Positions 38,366-49,044 are shown, counted from the first letter of the stretch. The stretch is DNA of 64,000 nucleotides from Nitrospinales bacterium (GCA_965223795.1 CBDCXL010000002.1:2816001-2880000); one strand, 5' to 3'. Notes: a model not told the origin generated them from the sequence alone. Numbers and translations: made by a program.

Positions 38366-38506
38366 TCACTCAATGTGCTTGCGAGTGAAAAAGAAGATGG
38401 CGATGCCGATCACGGCGATGCCCGCCACGATCATCATGGCGGTCATGTCGCCGCCGAAATCCAGCCATTCCATGGCTCTTTCCGGTTTCGTATCCAGTTG
38501 GTTCAC
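38366..38506 (-). CDS. Small single-TM protein (46 aa; 35 aa if ATG 38473)
   Basis: GGGAGG RBS before GTG; ...MEWLDFGGDMTAMMIVAGIAVIGIAIFFFTRKHIE. Confidence 0.55.
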   Translation of the reverse strand: MNQLDTKPERAMEWLDFGGDMTAMMIVAGIAVIGIAIFFFTRKHIE

Positions 38507-38835
38507 GGTCTCGGTCCTCCCTTTGACTAAAATGAATGAATGATTTCAATGGCATTTCTGTCAAACTGTCATTGAGGCGGACTATCCTGACAATTTCGTA
38601 CCCGGTCCGGGTTTTGTCAATAGACAATGGCCGGATTTGGCCGCGGAACCGCAGGCCGGCCTTCGCAGCGCTCCGGGGCAAAAGCCGCCCGGTGTTGCGG
38701 AAAGGCATGATTTTATTTTGCTAGGCCATTCTTTGCGGTTGGCTATAATAGGCGGGGCGCAGCGCCGGCCGCGCTTTTCTGCCGCCCGCACCGGGTGGCG
38801 CGGCGAGCGATTTTAACTTTCTCGATTCGGGTTGG

Positions 38836-40875
38836 ATGGACCACATCATCAAAGACCTGGCGATCCTGCTGCTGGTTTCGCTGCCGATCAACATCCTGTT
38901 CCACAAAATCCGCCTGCCTTCGATCATGGGCTTTCTGGTCGCGGGGGTGATCATCGGTCCCAGCGGGCTGCAGCTGATCGACGCCGTCGAGTCGGTGGAA
39001 AAGCTGGCGGAAATCGGGGTGATCCTGCTCCTGTTCGTGATCGGGCTGGAGTTTTCCCTGCGCTACCTGCTCAAGAATCTGACCGTGGTGCTGGGGGTGG
39101 GGATGCTGCAGCTGGGGTTGACGGGCGCGATTTTCTTCTTCGTGTTCGATGCGCTTGAATACCCTCTGAACCAGAGCGTGCTGATGGCGCTTCTCATTCC
39201 ATTGAGCAGCACGGCGGTGGTGCTCAAGATGATCACCGACCGCGCCGAGATCGACACCCTGCACGGCCGCATCTGCATCGGCACGCTCCTGTTCCAGGAT
39301 CTGTGCGTGGTGCCGATGATGCTCGTCATTCCGCTGCTGGCGCAGTCGGGAGAGCTGTCGCCGGTGGATTTCGGCATCGCGCTGACCAAATCGATCGCCG
39401 CGGTCGCCGTCATCTTTTTTCTCGCGCGCCTCCTGGTTCCGCGTTCGCTGGAAGGGATCGCGCGCATGGGCAACAAGGAGCACCTGACGCTGTTCGTCAT
39501 TTTCATCATCCTGGGCACCGGCTGGGTTTCCGAGAGCATGGGGCTGACGCTGGCGATGGGGGCGTTCATCGCGGGGATGATCATCTCCGAATCCGAATAC
39601 AGCCACCAGATCGTGCTCGACATCCTGCCGCTCAAGGATTATTTCGTCAGCATCTTTTTCATCTCGGTGGGAATGCTGCTGAAGGTCGACGTGTTTTTCG
39701 CGTCGGCGGGCACGTTTTTCATCTGGGCGCTGGCGGCGGTCGGCATCAAGATGGCGGTGGCGTTCCTCGCGGCGCTCATCTTCAGCCGCTCCTTCCGCAA
39801 CGCCTTCATCGTCGGCGTGCGCCTGGCGCAGGTGGGGGAATTCTCCCTGCTGCTCGCGGCGCTGGCTTTAAAAAAGGGACTGTTCCCGCCGGATCAGTAC
39901 CAGTCGTTTCTCATCGTGTCCATCCTCACGCTGCTGGCGGCGCCGCTGCTCATCCAGGTTTCGGCCGGAGCGGCGATGGCGCTGCAGTCCCTGTTCGGCG
40001 GGAAACCCGACGCGGAGGTGGATGCCGCCCAGGCGGAAACGACACCGTTTTCCGATCACGTCATCATCTGCGGTTTCAGCCTGGTCGGCCGCAATCTGTC
40101 GCGGGTGCTCAAGGAAACCAACACACCGTTCGTGGTGGTCGATCTCGACGGGGAAATCATCCGCCAGGCGCTGCAGCAGGACATCAAGGCGCAGTTCGGC
40201 GACTACACCCACCGCGAGACGCTGATCCGGGCGGGCATTCGAACGGCGCGGATGATCGTGTTCACCATCCCCGATACTCGTGCGGCGGAGCAGGCGGTGC
40301 GCCTGTCGCGCAGCCTCAATCCGGATGTCTACATTCTGGTGCGGGTTCCCTACGCGTCGCAGGTTGAGGAAATGAATGCCGCCGGGGCGGACCAGGTGAT
40401 CCCGGAGGAATTCGAGACGTCGGTGGAGATTTTTTCCCGCGTTCTCCGGGAGTACCACATTCCCAACAACGTGATCGAGCAGCAGGTGGAGCTGGCGCGG
40501 CTGGAAGGGTACAGCATGTTCCGCGGCCTGTCGCTCAACATGGAAAGCCTGCAGAAGTTTTCCACCTACCTCACGGCGAGCCTCACCGAATCCTTTCACG
40601 TGCAGGAGGATGCGTGGTGCAACGAAAAAACGGTCGCCGAACTGAAACTCAGCAGCGGCGCCGACGCCAAGCTGATCGCGGTGGTGCGCGGCAACGACAT
40701 CCACGCCAACCCGGAGGAGGCGATGCGCCTCACGACCGGGGACATCCTGATTTTATTCGGCAGGCACGCGCCGCTCAACCGCTCGATACGCACGCTGCGT
40801 TTGGGACACGAAGAATCCAGGGACCAGGAAGAAGAATCCAGGCGTAAAGAATCCGGAAAGGGGAGGGACGCATGA
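38836..40875 (+). CDS. CPA2 monovalent cation:proton antiporter with TrkA-N/TrkA-C domains (KefC-like)
   Basis: LLFVIGLEFS, LSSTAVV, LLFQD, LAQVGEFS; cytoplasmic RCK domains. Confidence 0.92.
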   Translation: MDHIIKDLAILLLVSLPINILFHKIRLPSIMGFLVAGVIIGPSGLQLIDAVESVEKLAEIGVILLLFVIGLEFSLRYLLKNLTVVLGVGMLQLGLTGAIFFFVFDALEYPLNQSVLMALLIPLSSTAVVLKMITDRAEIDTLHGRICIGTLLFQDLCVVPMMLVIPLLAQSGELSPVDFGIALTKSIAAVAVIFFLARLLVPRSLEGIARMGNKEHLTLFVIFIILGTGWVSESMGLTLAMGAFIAGMIISESEYSHQIVLDILPLKDYFVSIFFISVGMLLKVDVFFASAGTFFIWALAAVGIKMAVAFLAALIFSRSFRNAFIVGVRLAQVGEFSLLLAALALKKGLFPPDQYQSFLIVSILTLLAAPLLIQVSAGAAMALQSLFGGKPDAEVDAAQAETTPFSDHVIICGFSLVGRNLSRVLKETNTPFVVVDLDGEIIRQALQQDIKAQFGDYTHRETLIRAGIRTARMIVFTIPDTRAAEQAVRLSRSLNPDVYILVRVPYASQVEEMNAAGADQVIPEEFETSVEIFSRVLREYHIPNNVIEQQVELARLEGYSMFRGLSLNMESLQKFSTYLTASLTESFHVQEDAWCNEKTVAELKLSSGADAKLIAVVRGNDIHANPEEAMRLTTGDILILFGRHAPLNRSIRTLRLGHEESRDQEEESRRKESGKGRDA

Positions 40876-41321
40876 AGGTGAAAGAGTTGATGACGAAAGA
40901 CGTGCTGACGGTTTCGCCCGATGACAAGGTGGACAAGGTGTTTTATCTTTTCAATTTTGAAAACATCCGCCACGTTCCCATCGTGGAGGGCGGGAAACTG
41001 GTGGGCATCCTGTCGGACCGGGATCTGAAAAAGATCCTGGGACCGTTGAAAAAATCCGTGCAAAAACAGGACGGCACGTCGATCACCATCTCAGCCAGGA
41101 AGGTACGGACAATCATGAGGCGCAATCCGGTGACGGTCGAGCCGGAGCAGCGGGCGGCGGACGCGGCGGCCATCATGGCAAAACGCAAGATCGGCGCGCT
41201 GCCCGTCGTGCACAAGAACAAGCTGGTGGGCATCCTGACCTCCACCGACATCCTCAAGGCGTTCGTCAAGCTCTGCAACCTTCTGGAGCCCTTCGGCAAG
41301 GCCGTAAAAGCGAAGAAGTGA
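40872..41321 (+). CDS. CBS-domain pair protein
   Basis: IRHVPIV..GKLVGILSDRD; IGALPVV...LVGILT..D. Confidence 0.9.
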   Translation: MKVKELMTKDVLTVSPDDKVDKVFYLFNFENIRHVPIVEGGKLVGILSDRDLKKILGPLKKSVQKQDGTSITISARKVRTIMRRNPVTVEPEQRAADAAAIMAKRKIGALPVVHKNKLVGILTSTDILKAFVKLCNLLEPFGKAVKAKK

Positions 41322-41328
41322 GCGGCGG

Positions 41329-42369
41329 TCAGTTTCTGTTTTTCGGGTCGAAGGAGAAGCGTTCCATCAGGTAGCCCAGGCAGTCCTGATGCACGATCGT
41401 TTCGTTGGTGGTGAACATCGAAGGCACGACGGAGCGTTTCAGGCGGATCTCGCCATTCTGGTATTCAATGTATTTCCCTTCCACGTCGCGGTCGTTTTCG
41501 TCGAGCACGGTGAGCCGCATCCGCTCGTTGTGGCGCCAGCCCAGCAGGCTGTTTTCCGGCAGTTCGGCGAAATTGTTGCCGTCGATGTCCTCCAGGAAGG
41601 TGAAATCCAGGCCGTCGGGGGCGTGGTTGAACCCGATGCGGCTCTTTCGGGGAACGTGGATGCGGGCGATGCTGTGGTAGATGTACAGTTCCTCTTCGTG
41701 CACCGGAAAATCGGGAACCGTGTCCAGCTTCAGGCATTTTTCCAGAAATTCGAACGCGTGCTGCACGCCGTAAGCGTCGTCCGGCTTGCCGCTTTCGATG
41801 GTGATGGCGGGGCAGTGATCGGACATGGCGAGGGAGAGCACCTCTCCCGGCCGGGTGAAGTACACCAGGGTCGGGCTGTACAGCCGCGCCAGATGCACGA
41901 AGGGGGCGTCGAGCCGGTTGAGGCAGGCGTAATGAGGGTTGCGTCCGGAGGTGTTGTGGATGTCGATGCAGGCGAACACGCGCTCGCGCTTCAACCGGCG
42001 CAGCACCTCCCCGGCCATGGCGTGTTCGGGCAGATCGCCGCCGGTCCAGATGCGGTTGTAATCCGGCTGCCAGGAAAACCGCCTCTGGTTTTCCCGCGCC
42101 GCCAGTACGTTGCCCACAAAGATCAACAGGCTGCGGGGCAGGGGATCGCCGCCGGGCCCGTATTTTTTCAGCAGCTTCTGCAGCGCCGCGATGCCCGTCG
42201 GTTCGTTGCCGTGCAGCAGGGTGGCGACGAACAGCGGCGGGCGCATATTTCCTTCCACCTCAATCAGCGACGGCCCCGGCAGCACCCGGTGCAGCTCGTT
42301 GACGGGCGTGTCGAGAAAACCCTCGGGGACGGAATCGAATGTGTGGAGCCTTGTTTCTAGATTTGCCAT
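41329..42369 (-). CDS. Succinylglutamate desuccinylase/aspartoacylase (M14-like) family protein
   Basis: LLHGNE, DYNR, IDIHN, IESG. Confidence 0.85.
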   Translation of the reverse strand: MANLETRLHTFDSVPEGFLDTPVNELHRVLPGPSLIEVEGNMRPPLFVATLLHGNEPTGIAALQKLLKKYGPGGDPLPRSLLIFVGNVLAARENQRRFSWQPDYNRIWTGGDLPEHAMAGEVLRRLKRERVFACIDIHNTSGRNPHYACLNRLDAPFVHLARLYSPTLVYFTRPGEVLSLAMSDHCPAITIESGKPDDAYGVQHAFEFLEKCLKLDTVPDFPVHEEELYIYHSIARIHVPRKSRIGFNHAPDGLDFTFLEDIDGNNFAELPENSLLGWRHNERMRLTVLDENDRDVEGKYIEYQNGEIRLKRSVVPSMFTTNETIVHQDCLGYLMERFSFDPKNRN

Positions 42370-43796
42370 CGGTACACCGGTAGATTCTGTTTCTGGTATT
42401 CGTAATAGCGCTGCGTCATTTCCTGAAAATCCGATCCGTTGGCGGCGATGAAGGCGCGCTGCCAGCCGGCTCCGTTCTGACCGCCGCGCAGCCGGTTGGT
42501 CATGACCTCGCCGATGTAAAAGTCGATGTCTTCCTGGTCGATGCCGGCCGCTTGCAGGCCCTGCCCGGCGGCGGGAAGCAGATGGTCTGTCAGGACGGTG
42601 CGGATCGGTACCGGCTCCGCATTACCGGGCCAGATGATTTCGGCGTCGAGGCCGAAACGGGCGGCGCGGTAAAAATTCTCGCGGGCGTCCTCGAAAGAGA
42701 GGTCGCACTCCAGCGGCCTTTCCCGCGACACGAAATGGTGCACCAGGCCGACCAGGAACGCCACGTTGGCGATGGTGTCGCACAGGCTGGGACCGGCGGC
42801 GGGCACGCGGTGCTCGATGCGGATATGCGGCTTGCCGTCGCTGCTCAGGCCGATGAGCGGGCGGGTCCAGCGCCAGATGGTGCCGTTGTGGAGCCGCAGA
42901 TGGTTGAGCCAGTTGGAGTCTTCATTATACACCAGCGGCAGCAGCACCGGAAATCCGTCCAGGTTTTCCAAAAACGGCTCGAGGATCGATTGCTTGCAGT
43001 AGCCGGTGCCGAAGGTGACGCGGCCGATGCTGCGCCCCTGCGGGTCGGGAAAGCTGGCCACCGAAACCGACTGCTCGAACGTGGGGATGCGGGTTTCGTC
43101 CCACAGGTCCTTGCCGAACAGGTAGGGGGAATTGGCGGCGGCGGCTACCATCGGCGCGGACAGGATCTGTGACAGGTTGTAGTGACGCACCGCTTCGTCC
43201 GCATTCACCTGCAGGTGGATCTGCAGGGAGGTGGCGGCGGCTTCCAGCATCACGTTGTTGTGCTCCACGCGCAAGGAATCGCGGCCGTCGATCTTGAGGT
43301 TGAGCGGTTTGCCGCCGCGCAGTTTCAGCACCTGCCGGTTGAGCGCGATGTAGCGGTTGAGCGAGGACATGTTGTCCATGTTGAGCACCTCGCCGCGGAT
43401 GGTGGGCAAGATGCCGATGGCCATCACTTTGGCCTTCAGCTCCTCCGCGTGGCGCTCGCAGGTTTCCCACACCCGCGACAGCTCGTTTTCCAGGCGGCGG
43501 AACAGCGGCCCCGACACGGGATGCGGCGTGCTGTTGATCTCGAAATTGAATTTCGCAAGCTCCGGCACCACCAGATGGCTGTTGACGTTTTCCAGAAAGG
43601 GTTCGTTGAGCGGGGCGGGATGAAAGTGCTGGTCCACCAGCCAGGCTTCCAGCTCGAAACCGCAGCGGGTTCCGGAGCTTTCGAAATCGCCTTCCTGAAA
43701 CCAGTTCATCAGAACGCGGGTTTCATCGCGCAGTCTCAGCTTGAACTCGCGGATGTCCTCGCTGGAAAAATCGCAGCTCGTGATTTCATCGCCCAT
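42357..43796 (-). CDS. Glutamate--cysteine ligase family 2 (GCS2) protein
   Basis: GFELE, PELAKFNFE, TSLQIH, ANSP, ETRIP.FEQ, RIEHRV. Confidence 0.85.
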   Translation of the reverse strand: MGDEITSCDFSSEDIREFKLRLRDETRVLMNWFQEGDFESSGTRCGFELEAWLVDQHFHPAPLNEPFLENVNSHLVVPELAKFNFEINSTPHPVSGPLFRRLENELSRVWETCERHAEELKAKVMAIGILPTIRGEVLNMDNMSSLNRYIALNRQVLKLRGGKPLNLKIDGRDSLRVEHNNVMLEAAATSLQIHLQVNADEAVRHYNLSQILSAPMVAAAANSPYLFGKDLWDETRIPTFEQSVSVASFPDPQGRSIGRVTFGTGYCKQSILEPFLENLDGFPVLLPLVYNEDSNWLNHLRLHNGTIWRWTRPLIGLSSDGKPHIRIEHRVPAAGPSLCDTIANVAFLVGLVHHFVSRERPLECDLSFEDARENFYRAARFGLDAEIIWPGNAEPVPIRTVLTDHLLPAAGQGLQAAGIDQEDIDFYIGEVMTNRLRGGQNGAGWQRAFIAANGSDFQEMTQRYYEYQKQNLPVYRWQI

Positions 43797-43933
43797 AAAA
43801 CGATTCCTGTGTTTGGCGCAAACGGGGTGTCTGGAATGAAGTGTGATAACGGAAAGGCCGGGCGGTCCTCCGGACCGGCCGCATCCCCTTTATTATTATG
43901 AAGGTACGCCGACGGGGGAGCAACCGTCAATTG

Positions 43934-44812
43934 TCAGGTTTCCGCTGCGGCGGCGCCCGCCATAGCGAGATCCTCGAAGTCCTCGATGTGGTCCTGGATC
44001 CGGTTCACCAGATAGGTTCTCTGGGCGGGGGTCAAAGTCTGATCGATTTTGACCAGGATTTCCTTCCACTCGGCGTTGCGGCGGCGCACCTGATCCATGA
44101 ATTCCGGGCTCCAGCGCAGCTCCGGCTTGCGCGTCCACTCGATCAGCTGCGCATCGAGATCGGCCGCGGAGGGGGCGGATTCGAGCAGCGCGGCGAAGTT
44201 CTGCTGAAATTTGCGGCGGTTTTTCAGGCGGTTTTCGATCCAGGAACGCTCGAGCGTGATCCAGGGGCGGATCGTTTCTTTCTGGGCTTCTTCCAGCGGC
44301 CCCACCCATTTCGCCATGACCTTGAGCAGCCAGTCCTGTGCGTCGGCCACCATCTCCGCGTCGGTCATGGCCAGCTGCTTGATGAGAAACTCGTTGCCTT
44401 CCGCAAGCTGAACTTTGAGATGGTCGATCTGACCGGGTTCGAGGCTGGTGAGAAATTCGGCGAAATCCGGCGAAAAGCGGATAAAAAACCGCTTGAAATA
44501 GTTTCTGTGATCCTCCTGCAGCCAGTCGATGTCCCCGGCCGTGAGCCCGCGCCCGATACGGGCATTGAGGTCTTTCAGGGTCGCGACGATGTCGGGCAGC
44601 TCGTTTTGCCGGTGCCAGACGAACAGCCGGTCGATCTTCTCTTCCAGGAAGTCGCGCTGGGACGCGTTGACGTCGAAATACTTGTCGATGGTGCGCAGGA
44701 TGAACCAGTCGGAAAAGTGGTAGGCGATCTTGGTTTTGCTGCAGCCCGCAAGCAAAAGCACAAGCAGTGCGATGCAGACGGAGCGAGGATGATTTTGCAG
44801 GATCTGTCTCAT
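43934..44812 (-). CDS. DUF6279-like lipoprotein
   Basis: Lipobox LAGC; AY..DW, WHR.NELP. Confidence 0.7.
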   Translation of the reverse strand: MRQILQNHPRSVCIALLVLLLAGCSKTKIAYHFSDWFILRTIDKYFDVNASQRDFLEEKIDRLFVWHRQNELPDIVATLKDLNARIGRGLTAGDIDWLQEDHRNYFKRFFIRFSPDFAEFLTSLEPGQIDHLKVQLAEGNEFLIKQLAMTDAEMVADAQDWLLKVMAKWVGPLEEAQKETIRPWITLERSWIENRLKNRRKFQQNFAALLESAPSAADLDAQLIEWTRKPELRWSPEFMDQVRRRNAEWKEILVKIDQTLTPAQRTYLVNRIQDHIEDFEDLAMAGAAAAET

Positions 44813-45077
44813 CTTCCTGAAATCAAGAACGGCAAGCGCGTGGCTTGATGTTTTTATTTGCGCCTGCATTGAAATTTTTCAAGTCACGGTTCGCAAAAAT
44901 TATAAGCGACTTCACAACAATTTCGCATGAATTTTCTTTGAATCCCGAGCCGACACAGGATGCGTGCAATGGAAGGGCGTTTCTCGAATTGGAAAATTTC
45001 AGATATCGTTGTAAACTGTCCTCGCCGGAACCATTCTTCGTTTTATTTTCTCTCCTCTTCTTCTTAAGGAACACGTT

Positions 45078-45578
45078 ATGCTGGGTCAAACCCTGAAAGT
45101 ATTCAAGGCTTTGAACTCCGACGCCAAACCCTGGCAGTTGAGCCTGGGGATCGTGTTCGGCGCCTTTCTGGGGCTGACGCCTCTGTTGAGCCTGCACAAT
45201 GCCGTGCTGTTGTTTCTGGCGTTCGTCATCACATTGAACATCGGGCTCATGCTTTTGAGTTTCGCGTTTTTCTCAGGCGTGGCGTACCTGCTCGATCCGT
45301 TGTTTCACAAAATCGGTTACGCGGTGCTGACGAAAGATTCGCTGCACGGGTTCTGGACGAATTTTTTCAGCTCTCCGCTCGCGGTGCTGGGCAACCTCAA
45401 CAATTCGATCGTGATGGGCAGCCTGATCTTCTCGGCGATTCTGGCGGTACCGCTGTTTCTTGTGAGCAACGTGCTGGTGAGCAAATACCGGCAGAACATT
45501 CAGGGTTTCCTCGACCGGATTCCGCTCATCCGATCCCTGAAAATCGTCCGGGCCTATCAGGCCGTTGGCGGAAATTGA
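45078..45578 (+). CDS. TIGR03546-family membrane protein
   Basis: ALNS..KPWQLS, LGLTP, LLDPLFH..G, NNSIVMGS. Confidence 0.8.
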   Translation: MLGQTLKVFKALNSDAKPWQLSLGIVFGAFLGLTPLLSLHNAVLLFLAFVITLNIGLMLLSFAFFSGVAYLLDPLFHKIGYAVLTKDSLHGFWTNFFSSPLAVLGNLNNSIVMGSLIFSAILAVPLFLVSNVLVSKYRQNIQGFLDRIPLIRSLKIVRAYQAVGGN

Positions 45579-45654
45579 GCGGGTTTTTGTACACATTGCG
45601 GCTGGTGTTCTCGCCCTTGAATGCGTTTTTTCAAACGACCGTTGGAGCTGAACG

Positions 45655-47481
45655 ATGAAATTTCTGAGGTGGCAGGGCCTGGTGGCGTTTCTGATACTCG
45701 GCGGACTCGGCTGGGCGTTTTTTGCGCTGTTTCTCGACGGGCTGATCGAGCGCGGGATCGAGCAGCAGGGATCGAAAGCGATGCAGACCCAGATCGACGT
45801 CGGCAAGGTGGACACCTCCCTGCCCAATCAGGCGGCGGCCATCCATGCGCTTGCGGTGGCGGACCCGGACGATCCGATGAAAAACACGGTCGAGATCGGC
45901 GCCATCAAGTTCAATGTCGATGCCGGCCGGGCGGTGTTCAAGAAGGTGATCATCGACGAGATGGTGGTGGACGGCATCCGATTGAACCAGAAGCGGGAAA
46001 CACCGGCGAAATCCTTTAAGAGAACGGAAAGCGCCGAGGAGGAAGCGGGCGCGCCCGGCGAGCCCGGCAAGAAAAAATCCGGCCCGTTCGATTTTCTCAA
46101 GGACCTCTCGGTGACCTCACCCGAGGAAATCCTGAAGAAGGAAAAACTCGCATCCCTGGAAGCGGTGCAGACGACGCGGCAGGAGATCGAGGACCTGAAG
46201 GCGAAATGGGAGAAGAAGCTGGAAACGGAGCTCAATCCCAAGGTGCTGGAGGAAACCAGGAAAAAAATCGAGGGGCTTCAGGGCAAAGCCGGGTCGGGGG
46301 TCGGCGGTGTGGCGGAATCGATCCAGGAAGTGCAGAGCATCAAGCAGGAGATTCAAGGCAACATCGAAAATATCGCCAGCCTCAAGGAGGAACTGCAAAA
46401 GGATGTGGAACGGGCGAAACAGCGCGCCGCGGAGCTGAAGGACCTGCCGAAAAAGGATTTCGAGCGGCTCAAGAACAAATACTCGCTCGACATCAAGGGC
46501 GGCAGCAACATCCTGGGGACGATCTTCGGCGATGAGATCAAGCAGAAGATCGATCTGTTCTGGCATTACTACGGCAAGATCAGCCCCTTTCTGAATAAAG
46601 GCGCGGATACCGAAGGCGCTGCCGATGAAGAGAAGGAACAGGAAGAAATCAAATACGAGCGCGGCGAAGGCGTGTTCGTGAAGTTTCCGGAGAAAAACCC
46701 GTTCCCGGATTTTCTTGTGCGGCACGCAAAATTGTCCATGGATTTGTTCGGCACCCAGGTCGCGGGCGACATGAAGGACCTTTCGGACAACCAGCGGGCG
46801 TACGGCAAACCGGCGGTGATCGACTTCAATTCCGGGCAGAACGACGTGTTCGGCAAATTCGACCTGCAGGTGAAGCTCGACCGCACCAAGCCGGTGTCCA
46901 GCGATCTGGTGTTTCTCGACATCGCGGCTTTGAAGCTCACGGACATCGCCGCCGGGGAGGACATCACCGTGTCCCAGGGCAACGCCGATATCAAAAGCTC
47001 GTTCACCATCGCGGATGAAAAGGACCTGACCGGCGTGCTGAAAGCGGATCTCAGCGGGCTGTCCTTCCTGATGGCGGAGAAGAAGGACGACGAGATCTCC
47101 AACATCATTTCCTCGGTGCTGGATTCGGCGAAACAGTTTTTCGTGCAGATCGGCATCAAGGGGACGCGCGAGGATTATTCGCTGGACATCAAGTCGGATC
47201 TGGACGGCATCATCGCGGGCGCGGTGAAGGGCGCGCTTTCGGGCAAGATCGCCGATCTGGAGAAAGGGCTGAAAAAGTCCATCGCCTCGGCGACGGACGG
47301 GCCGATGGCGAAGGTGAACGAGGCGCTGGGCGGCGTATTGAAATTCGAGGATCTGCTGGGCGATAGGTCGTCGGCCTGGAAGGACCTGCTGGCGCAGGCG
47401 ACGAAAGGCGCGGTGCCGATTCCCGGCAAGGACAAGCTGCCGATCCCGGACGACCTGAAGGGGTTCAAGCTGCCGTTTTGA
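45655..47481 (+). CDS. TIGR03545-family protein
   Basis: RWQGL..F anchor, coiled-coil core, RGEG.FV.F...P.PDF, I.SDLD; paired with the TIGR03546-like gene. Confidence 0.75.
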   Translation: MKFLRWQGLVAFLILGGLGWAFFALFLDGLIERGIEQQGSKAMQTQIDVGKVDTSLPNQAAAIHALAVADPDDPMKNTVEIGAIKFNVDAGRAVFKKVIIDEMVVDGIRLNQKRETPAKSFKRTESAEEEAGAPGEPGKKKSGPFDFLKDLSVTSPEEILKKEKLASLEAVQTTRQEIEDLKAKWEKKLETELNPKVLEETRKKIEGLQGKAGSGVGGVAESIQEVQSIKQEIQGNIENIASLKEELQKDVERAKQRAAELKDLPKKDFERLKNKYSLDIKGGSNILGTIFGDEIKQKIDLFWHYYGKISPFLNKGADTEGAADEEKEQEEIKYERGEGVFVKFPEKNPFPDFLVRHAKLSMDLFGTQVAGDMKDLSDNQRAYGKPAVIDFNSGQNDVFGKFDLQVKLDRTKPVSSDLVFLDIAALKLTDIAAGEDITVSQGNADIKSSFTIADEKDLTGVLKADLSGLSFLMAEKKDDEISNIISSVLDSAKQFFVQIGIKGTREDYSLDIKSDLDGIIAGAVKGALSGKIADLEKGLKKSIASATDGPMAKVNEALGGVLKFEDLLGDRSSAWKDLLAQATKGAVPIPGKDKLPIPDDLKGFKLPF

Positions 47482-47615
47482 TGCACTTTGCGGTTCTGGT
47501 ACAATAAGCCGTACCGTTTCAGTGCGATGGACCTTTTTGAATGGCGATCCCCGGCATTTGCACTGAACACCGGCGGTGACGGAAAGACGGGATCGCGGCC
47601 GTAAAAGGAGCGCTC

Positions 47616-48398
47616 ATGCGGACCTGGGTGATGGCGGGCTTATTTCTGCTGGCAGGCTGCGCTTCGGTGGTGGCGCCGCTTGAGAAACTTTCCATCGAGC
47701 CTTCGGAGTTGACGCCCTGGGCGGCCACCGAGGCCTGGGGCCGGGTTCTCGATTCGGCGGTGGACTGGCGCGGGCAGGTGGACATCGTGAACATCGCCGA
47801 ACAGCCGCGCGACCTGCATCTGTTCGTCGCTTTCATCGGACAATACAGCCCGCAAAGCCATCCTGAGCTGTTCCCCACGCCGGCGGACGCGACCGCGTTT
47901 CACATCAACGCCTACAACGCGCTGGTGCTGTACGGCGTGGTGCTGAACGGGTTTCCCCGCGATTTCAATTCCGCCTACGCACGCAACCGGTTTTTCCGCA
48001 ACTCCCGTTTTCTGATCGGCGGCGAGGACCTCTCTTTACTGGAATACGAACAGAGCCGCCTGCGGCCGCTTGCGGACGCGCGCATCCGTTTCGCCCTGTC
48101 GCCGATGGTGCGCTCCGCGCCGCGGCTGGCGAAGACGCCGTACCGGGGCAAAACCCTCGATCGGCAGCTCGACGCCGCCGCCCGCCGCTTCATCAACGAT
48201 CCCGTGAACGTGCTGACGCTGGAAAACGAGGAGGTGGTGCGTCTTTCGGAACTGTTCCAGATCTATGAGGAGGAATTTCTGCAATCCGCGAAAGCCCCCT
48301 CGCTCATCGCCTATGTCAACCGGTACCGGAAAAAGAAGATTGAGGAGCCAAGAAACGTCCAGTTCATCCCGTTCGACTGGATGGTCCGTTACTGGTGA
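47616..48398 (+). CDS. DUF547-domain lipoprotein
   Basis: Lipobox LAGC; AFHINAYNA, RIRFAL, LSELF, FDW. Confidence 0.85.
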   Translation: MRTWVMAGLFLLAGCASVVAPLEKLSIEPSELTPWAATEAWGRVLDSAVDWRGQVDIVNIAEQPRDLHLFVAFIGQYSPQSHPELFPTPADATAFHINAYNALVLYGVVLNGFPRDFNSAYARNRFFRNSRFLIGGEDLSLLEYEQSRLRPLADARIRFALSPMVRSAPRLAKTPYRGKTLDRQLDAAARRFINDPVNVLTLENEEVVRLSELFQIYEEEFLQSAKAPSLIAYVNRYRKKKIEEPRNVQFIPFDWMVRYW

Positions 48399-49044
48399 CA
48401 AAATCGCGATCCTGCTCTTCCTGCTGCTTGCGGTCCCGGCCGCGTCGTCTTATGTCTCCGCGGAACCCGCCCGGATGATCTCCATTCCCCAAGGACCGTT
48501 TGTCATGGGCGGCCCGCCTGATGAGGCGCGGCGGGTGGAGCTTGCGGCGTTTCTGATGGACCGCACCGAAGTCACCAACCAGCAGTACGGCGCGCTGGTC
48601 CCCGAACATGCGTATCGATCCGGCGCCGAGATGCACCCGGTGACGGACGTGAGCTGGCGGGAAGCTCGGCGTTACTGCGAGTTAGCCGGAAAGCGCCTGC
48701 CCACCGAGGCGGAATGGGAGAAGGCGGCGCGCGGCACGGATGCGCGTGTCTACCCCTGGGGGGCGAAGCCGCCGAAGAGAAAACCGCATCCTTTTTATTC
48801 CGGCCTCATCAAGCGCCGGGTCGGGCTCAACCGCAAGGACGTGTCCTTTTACGGGCTGCGGGACATGGGCGGGTCGGTGTGGGAGTGGACGGACAGCCAA
48901 GTGGATGAGAAAGTCGCGGTGCGGGGCGGGTTGTGGAACCTGCACCTGGATTACCAGTACAGCAAGACGTTCGAGCGGATTGCGATCGCGCCTGAAAGCC
49001 GGTTTCCCTTTCTGGGGTTTCGCTGCGCGCAGGCGCAACCCTGA
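48395..49044 (+). CDS. FGE/SUMF1-domain protein (start uncertain, possible homopolymer frameshift)
   Basis: EVTN, RLPTEAEWEKAARG, YPWG, DMGGSVWEW, GFRCA. Confidence 0.8.

Noticed and set aside
38540..38630. CusR/CopR-type operator (TGACA/TGTCA half-sites)
   Set aside because: Half-site spacing is inconsistent with a clear box; too weak to call.
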